In this document: positions 62,308 to 64,000 of the stretch, piece by piece
How positions within the stretch are numbered: position 1 is the stretch's first letter
Layout of the letters: every line of letters begins with the position of its first letter
Source: Podarcis gaigeae
Taxonomy: Eukaryota
Strand: one strand, 5' to 3'
Assembly (NCBI GenBank): GCA_964106915.2
Contig: OZ066919.1
Length of the DNA stretch: 64,000 bases
The notes under the pieces: generated by a model
Databases searched by the model: none
Seen by the model: the letters and a program-made list of their open reading frames with translations, nothing else
What the model was told of the DNA's origin: nothing
Program-made: the position numbers and the translations under genes

Positions 62308-63300
62308 AGAACATAAGAAGAGCCCTGCTGGTGCAAGGCCTATGTGGGACAGCAGCATGCTCCACAGTGACCAGCCAGATGTAACTGAGAAGTCCACAAG
62401 CACTCTCCTACTGCTTGTTCCACAGTAACTGGTACTCAGAGAATGCTGTCTCTGATTCTGGGGGGAGTAAACAGTGATCCTGTCGAGTGGCTGTCCTGCA
62501 GCAGCAAATTCCATAGTTTAACTATGCCTTGAGCGAAGATGTACTTTTTCTGGTCTGCCCTGATGCTACTACCACGGAGCTTCATTAGATGACCTCCAAG
62601 TTCAAATATTATGAGAGAGGCCATTACCATATATGATTATGGCTGCGAGACTTTTATATACACAGTGATGGAAGGACCCATTATTACCAACCATGAAGAA
62701 TGGCTGTTAAAACCAACACTTAGCCAAGATGGTGAAATTGGCATGTTTAATTAGAGAAAAGTGCTTGTTAATAATTTATTAAAGATTGGAAACCTCTCAT
62801 GTCGACTTTTTACGTGAAAAAGAAAATGAAACAATGATACTTGGATTTGAAGACTGAACATAATTTTTGTTTATAGAAAGTGGCTTTGTTGGGTATTATA
62901 CTGGAGTGGATGAAGTAAATATTGTTTATATATGGTGGACAGATGAAGAATCAAGTCCCTTATCTTCTGAATTTTATCCCCCCCCCTCTCTTTTAACCTC
63001 TTTTCTATTTATTTTCCTTAATTTTTCTCTTTCTTTTTCTTTATTCCTTTCTCTTCCCTTCTCTTTATGTTTTCAATGTATTTAGATCAAAGTTTTCATT
63101 TGGGCAAAAAAAGAGGAAAATATATTTGATATTAAGTTGTGTATTTTTCTCTATAAACCCTAATAAAATCTATTCCACCCCAAACAAATATTATGAGAGA
63201 GGCTGAAAAACATCTACTTATCCAATTTTTCCACATCACATATGTTTTGTACGTGTCTACCATCCAGGTACCCCCCTACCCATCCTTTCCCCCTACACTA
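62308..63300 (-). mobile_element. CR1 LINE 3' fragment, interrupted by L1
   Basis: Minus-strand peptide GHLMKLRGSSIRADQKKYIFAQGIVKLWNLL (CR1 RT end). agaacataagaa tail in reverse. Confidence 0.75.
62622..63184 (+). mobile_element. L1 LINE 3' fragment (ORF2 end plus UTR)
   Basis: Degenerate YMIMAARLLY..WKDP.LPT..EW...FIKDWKPL (squamate L1 ORF2 C-terminus), AATAAA and exact 19-bp TSD CAAATATTATGAGAGAGGC. Confidence 0.88.
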
Positions 63301-64000
63301 AAACCTATCCTTATAGTGAAGGGTCCTTCACATTAAGTAATCAAGGCAGGGGTGGGATCACCCCTTTATGATAGAGCTTTTGCAGAAGGACACAAATTCC
63401 AGCCCCGTCACCTCCAGTTAAAATGGCCTTCACCAACAGAGCTGACAGAGGCCTTTGCCTGAAGCCTTGGAGAACATCTGCTAGCTGAAGTGGGCAATAC
63501 TTGACTAATGGACCACTTACCTGACTCAGGCAGCTTTGTGTAAGTTTAATGTAGGCTTTGATTCTGTTCATACTTTTAAAAAACATGCATAAGCATATCA
63601 CCGTACGCCCTAAATGGCAGAAAATAGAACTTTAATGCTAATGGATAGACTCCAGGGCAGCAAAACAAAGCACTCTTACTAAGGGGGTAATAAGCTTCAC
63701 TGAGCACAGTGAGACTTGCTTCTGAGTAGACATGTATACAGATGCAGAGTCAATCTCTGAAGGTCTTTTCTATTCAGCAGTGGGACTTGTTGCCCGCGTC
63801 CTATTGAAGTGGCCTACTGCAATGTGCTGGCTTAGTGCCTGGTACATTCATACTATGTCATGGTTAATCGCCGCTGTGCAACTGCCTCAGAAATGTTCGG
63901 GGGGGGGGGGGAATTGCAGAAAATTATTGCCACATGAGAAGTGGCCTCGGGTTGCTATGGGAACTGTCCTTGTAGAATTAGTATCAGAATGAGGTTAACC

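Overview
Vertebrate nuclear DNA, almost certainly from a squamate and probably a lacertid-type lizard, judging by the Sauria SINEs, BovB and squamate-style MITEs. Bases 1 to ~9.3 kb hold the 3' end of the adhesion GPCR gene ADGRL2 (latrophilin-2) on the + strand. This includes the tail of one exon (1-40), the 129-nt exon (3366-3494), two small alternative exons not shown as such in the ORF track (3758-3810 and 4517-4534/4568), the terminal coding exon ending in the PDZ ligand VTSL (7144-7898) and the 3'UTR. The other ~55 kb looks like gene desert with no host coding exons I could support. It is filled with Sauria SINEs, BovB, CR1, L1 and L2 fragments, hAT and Tc1/mariner-pogo MITEs, a solo LTR and a Penelope-like fragment. 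The most notable items are: (i) a 134-bp TSD-flanked Penelope-like insert folding as a minimal hammerhead ribozyme; (ii) an 825-bp solo LTR whose U3 is nearly filled by a ~212-codon acidic/Arg-rich ORF broken by one extra G; (iii) a dual-frame ADGRL2 C-terminus selected by a double-donor micro-exon; (iv) a CpG-rich L1-like 5' end between 106-bp direct repeats; and (v) a composite MITE family that carries an L2 tail. Family names and homologue sequences are from recognition and memory, not database searches.
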